The notes beneath the pieces are model-generated. The model ran no database searches. It saw nothing but the letters and a program-made list of their open reading frames with translations, and was not told the DNA's origin. A program made the translations under genes and the position numbers. This document shows, in pieces, positions 63,480-64,000 of a stretch of DNA of 64,000 bases (position 1 is its first letter; every line of letters begins with the position of its first letter). Source of the DNA: Mobula hypostoma (taxonomy: Eukaryota); NCBI RefSeq assembly GCF_963921235.1, contig NC_086097.1:248188001-248252000 (forward strand), written 5' to 3'.

Positions 63480-63875
63480 GTCTCTCCAAGAGGACCACGA
63501 TCTTGGTGCTTGTGTGCCTCATTGACCCAGAGGGCTATGTTGGCCGCAGTCAGGGCTTTATGCTTTGGTTCTTGCTTGAGTCACCCATGTCAAATAGGTC
63601 AAAGGGTAGCCGCCAGACTGAGAGTGGTCCTCTGGTCCTCCAGGTTCAGGGGTTCAGCTCAGGGCTAACAACCCTGACTGGTAGAGCAAAATTGCTACAG
63701 AAACAGCAGTGAAGAATCCTTCGACATCTGAGTGCGACAGTATTCCTGAGTCTCCACCCAGGACTTGCACGGCTGAGAATCGAGAGGAAGCTACTGACAC
63801 GAAGAAGGAAGCTCTGAACCCTACCAGAGATGGAGGACCTTCATTGCTGCCCCAAGTACCAGTGGATTAATGGGA
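63480..63875 (+). mobile_element. RTE-type non-autonomous element (5' UTR joined to 3' tail)
   Basis: Contains ggtcctccaggtt..ggggtt.....cagggctaacaaccctg, resembling RTE 5' UTR hairpins, and an RTE-like 3' end (agagatggaggaccttcattgctgccc). Confidence 0.55.
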
Positions 63876-64000
63876 AAAAAAGAAACAACAAGAAATGATG
63901 GTCACTTGGAACTCTGTCAAGTTACAACTGTGCTGTTCAAGCAGCGACCTTCCCCTCCCTCTCTCTAGTACATGGCGATCTGTGTTAAATGGGGTAGACA

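Larger units (their letters stand above)
4946..64000 (+). other. AMPH: AMPH intron 1 (partial, >59 kb)
   Basis: GT donor at 4946. No segment encoding the expected exon 2 peptide (VLQKLGKADETKDEQF...) was seen by eye or in the ORF track. The rest of the window is mostly TE-derived. Confidence 0.75.

Noticed and set aside
1..64000. Prokaryotic-type systems (retron, DGR, CRISPR, defence island) suggested by the RT ORFs
   Set aside because: All RT sequences are non-LTR retrotransposon clades within spliced vertebrate DNA; there is no operon structure.

Overview
This is vertebrate genomic DNA, not prokaryotic. The repeat content (HER1/CR1 LINEs, HE1/V-SINEs, Penelope, Rex1/Babar, RTE, Tc1) points to a cartilaginous fish, probably a batoid (inference). 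The only host gene I can support is amphiphysin (AMPH). Its CpG-rich promoter and first coding exon (4874-4945, MADNIKTGVFAKNVQKRLNRAQEK, GTAAG donor) lie on the + strand. I found no exon 2, so the remaining ~59 kb is most likely intron 1, densely filled with nested transposable elements. Almost all long ORFs in the track are LINE ORF2 remnants or their antisense shadows. The most interesting signals are: (1) many short Penelope-derived elements carrying minimal type-I hammerhead ribozyme cores, several inserted as fold-back palindromes with their own target-site duplications (TSDs); (2) a split REST/NRSF RE1 motif ~110 bp into AMPH intron 1; (3) a near-identical inverted CR1 pair bracketing the AMPH promoter and exon 1; (4) a young BovB-like RTE insertion with a perfect 12-bp TSD; (5) several nested or templated rearrangements. 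All calls were made by eye without database searches, and most TE boundaries are approximate.
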